The notes below the pieces were generated by a model. That model searched no databases. It was not told the origin of the DNA and was given only the letters and a program-made list of their open reading frames with translations. Below, piece after piece: positions 62,405-64,000 of a DNA stretch of 64,000 nt. This DNA comes from Mobula hypostoma. Taxonomy: Eukaryota. Both the position numbers and the translations under genes were made by a program. Numbering within the stretch: position 1 is the stretch's first letter; each line of letters opens with the position of its first letter. Location of the stretch: positions 223,016,001 through 223,080,000 of the forward strand of contig NC_086097.1 in the NCBI RefSeq assembly GCF_963921235.1, read 5' to 3'.

Positions 62405-62794
62405 AACTAATGCTAACATTGTATTTGCCTTCCTCACCACCGACTCTACCTGCAAGTTAACCTTTAGGGTGTTCTGCACAAGGACTCCCAAGTCCCTTTG
62501 CACATCAGATTCTTGGATTTTCTCCCCATTTAGTAAATAGTCTGCATATTTATTTCTGCCAGCAAAGTGCATGACCATGCATTTTCCAATATTGTATTTG
62601 GCTTTAATAGATTATAATGAACAAGCACCTGTGGACTTAGCATTCACTCCCCTAAGTCATTGATTAGAACAGGCCAATCAATTTTCATTTATTGTTACCA
62701 ATTATACCATTTGGCTTAATTTATAAGCACCATTTACTAAATTAAAAACACACTAAAAATGTGCAAAATGATTTTGTTTTTTGATGCCATCAAG

Positions 62795-62808
62795 CCACTA
62801 GAGGGAGC
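62795..62808 (+). promoter_or_regulatory. CTCF-like motif
   Basis: CCACTAGAGGGAGC is close to the CTCF core consensus and lies in AT-rich unique DNA. Confidence 0.35.
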
Positions 62809-62934
62809 TAATGACAATATAATACAATTCTTAAGTAAATGAATCTTGGAATTGGAATTGATTTACTATTGTCTCATGTACCATGCAAGATCCAGTGAAA
62901 AACTTGTCTTGCATATTGTTCACACAGAACAAAT

Positions 62935-63440
62935 ACTAGGATAGATAGAGCATTAGCCAATTGGCAGGAAGCAAAGATTAGGAATAAAGGGAGCCTTTTC
63001 TGATTGGCTGCTGGAGACCAGTAGTGTTCTGCAGGGGTCAGTATTAGGACCGCTTCTTTGTATGTTGTATTTCAATGATTTTGATCACAGAATTGCCGTG
63101 TTTGTGGATAATACGAAGATAGGTGGAGGGGCAGGTAGTGTTGGGGAAGTAGGGAGGCTGCAGAAGGAGAATGGGCAACGAAGTGGCTGATGGAATACAG
63201 TACCAGGAAGTGTATGGTGATGCCCTTTGGTAGAAGGAATAAGAGCATAGACTGTTCTCTAAACAGAGATAAAATTCAAAAATCCGAGGTGCAAAGTCCT
63301 CCTGCAGGATTCCCAAAAGGTTAACTTGCAGACTGAGTTGGTGGTAAGGAAGGGAAATGGAATGTTAGCATTCATTTTGAGAGGACTAGAATATAAAATC
63401 AAGGATGTAATACTGAGGTTTTAAGGCATCTCACTTGGAT
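62935..63440 (+). mobile_element. Decayed CR1 RT fragment
   Basis: GRKQRLGIKG...LQGSVLGPL; similar to 45490-46020. Confidence 0.75.
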
Positions 63441-63699
63441 ATTGCCTAGATTGGAGCACTTTAGTTATGGGGAGAGACTGAATCAATGGAGTCATAGAAT
63501 CATATAGTCCTGAAATAGGCCCTTCAGCCCATCAGTCCATACTGACCAGCAAGCACCCATTAAGACTAACCCTACAATATCCCATTTTAATCTTGCACAT
63601 TTTCCACAACTATCCAATGTAAAGGAGATAAGTGGGCATGGGGAAGCCAATTTACAGAAAAATGTTTGGACACCTTTGTTTGAATAACCTGTAAGACCA

Positions 63700-64000
63700 A
63701 AAGACGATAAGACATAGGAACAGAATTAGGTCATTTGGTCCATCGAGTCTGTTCCACCACGGCTGATCCAATTTTCCTCTCAGCCCCAGTCTCTTGCCTT
63801 CTCCCCGTATCTTTTCATGCCCTGGCCAATCAAGAATCTATCAAGTTCTGCCTCAATTATACATGAAGACTTGGCCTCCACAGCTGCCTGCAGCCAAGAA
63901 TTCCACAGATTCACTACCCTCTGGCTGAAGAAATTCCTCCTCATTTCTGTTCTAAAAGGACGCCGCTCTATTGTGAGGCTGCATCCTCTGGTCTTGGACT
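63700..64000 (-). mobile_element. CR1 3' end, running off the window
   Basis: Antisense FFSQRVVNLWNS and 3' UTR, similar to 57210-57490. Confidence 0.8.

Overview
Repeat-dominated vertebrate DNA; the CR1/Rex1/Penelope/V-SINE repertoire suggests a cartilaginous fish, probably a ray (inference). The only host gene I can clearly support is the last four coding exons of an ABCC-family, SUR-like (ABCC8/9-like) transporter: NBD2 to stop, 4201-9454, + strand. Most of the rest is nested transposable elements: many CR1 and Rex1/Babar LINE pieces, RTE LINEs, a Tc1 element, V-SINEs, a decayed Tf1/sushi-type Gypsy with a self-priming site, a BEL/Pao integrase relic, two solo LTRs, an internally deleted Sola2-type DNA transposon and a very young L1. 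Highlights: (1) short Penelope-derived insertions with 12-15 bp TSDs, a minimal hammerhead ribozyme and fold-back structure; (2) an L1 with intact ORFs and a 15-bp TSD that is 5'-complete but 3'-truncated and tailless; (3) the Sola2-type element; (4) the self-priming Gypsy; (5) the SUR-like gene, which has unusual introns and no downstream Kir6 partner. Boundaries of old repeats are approximate. TSD-defined boundaries were read directly from the sequence. No database searches were run.
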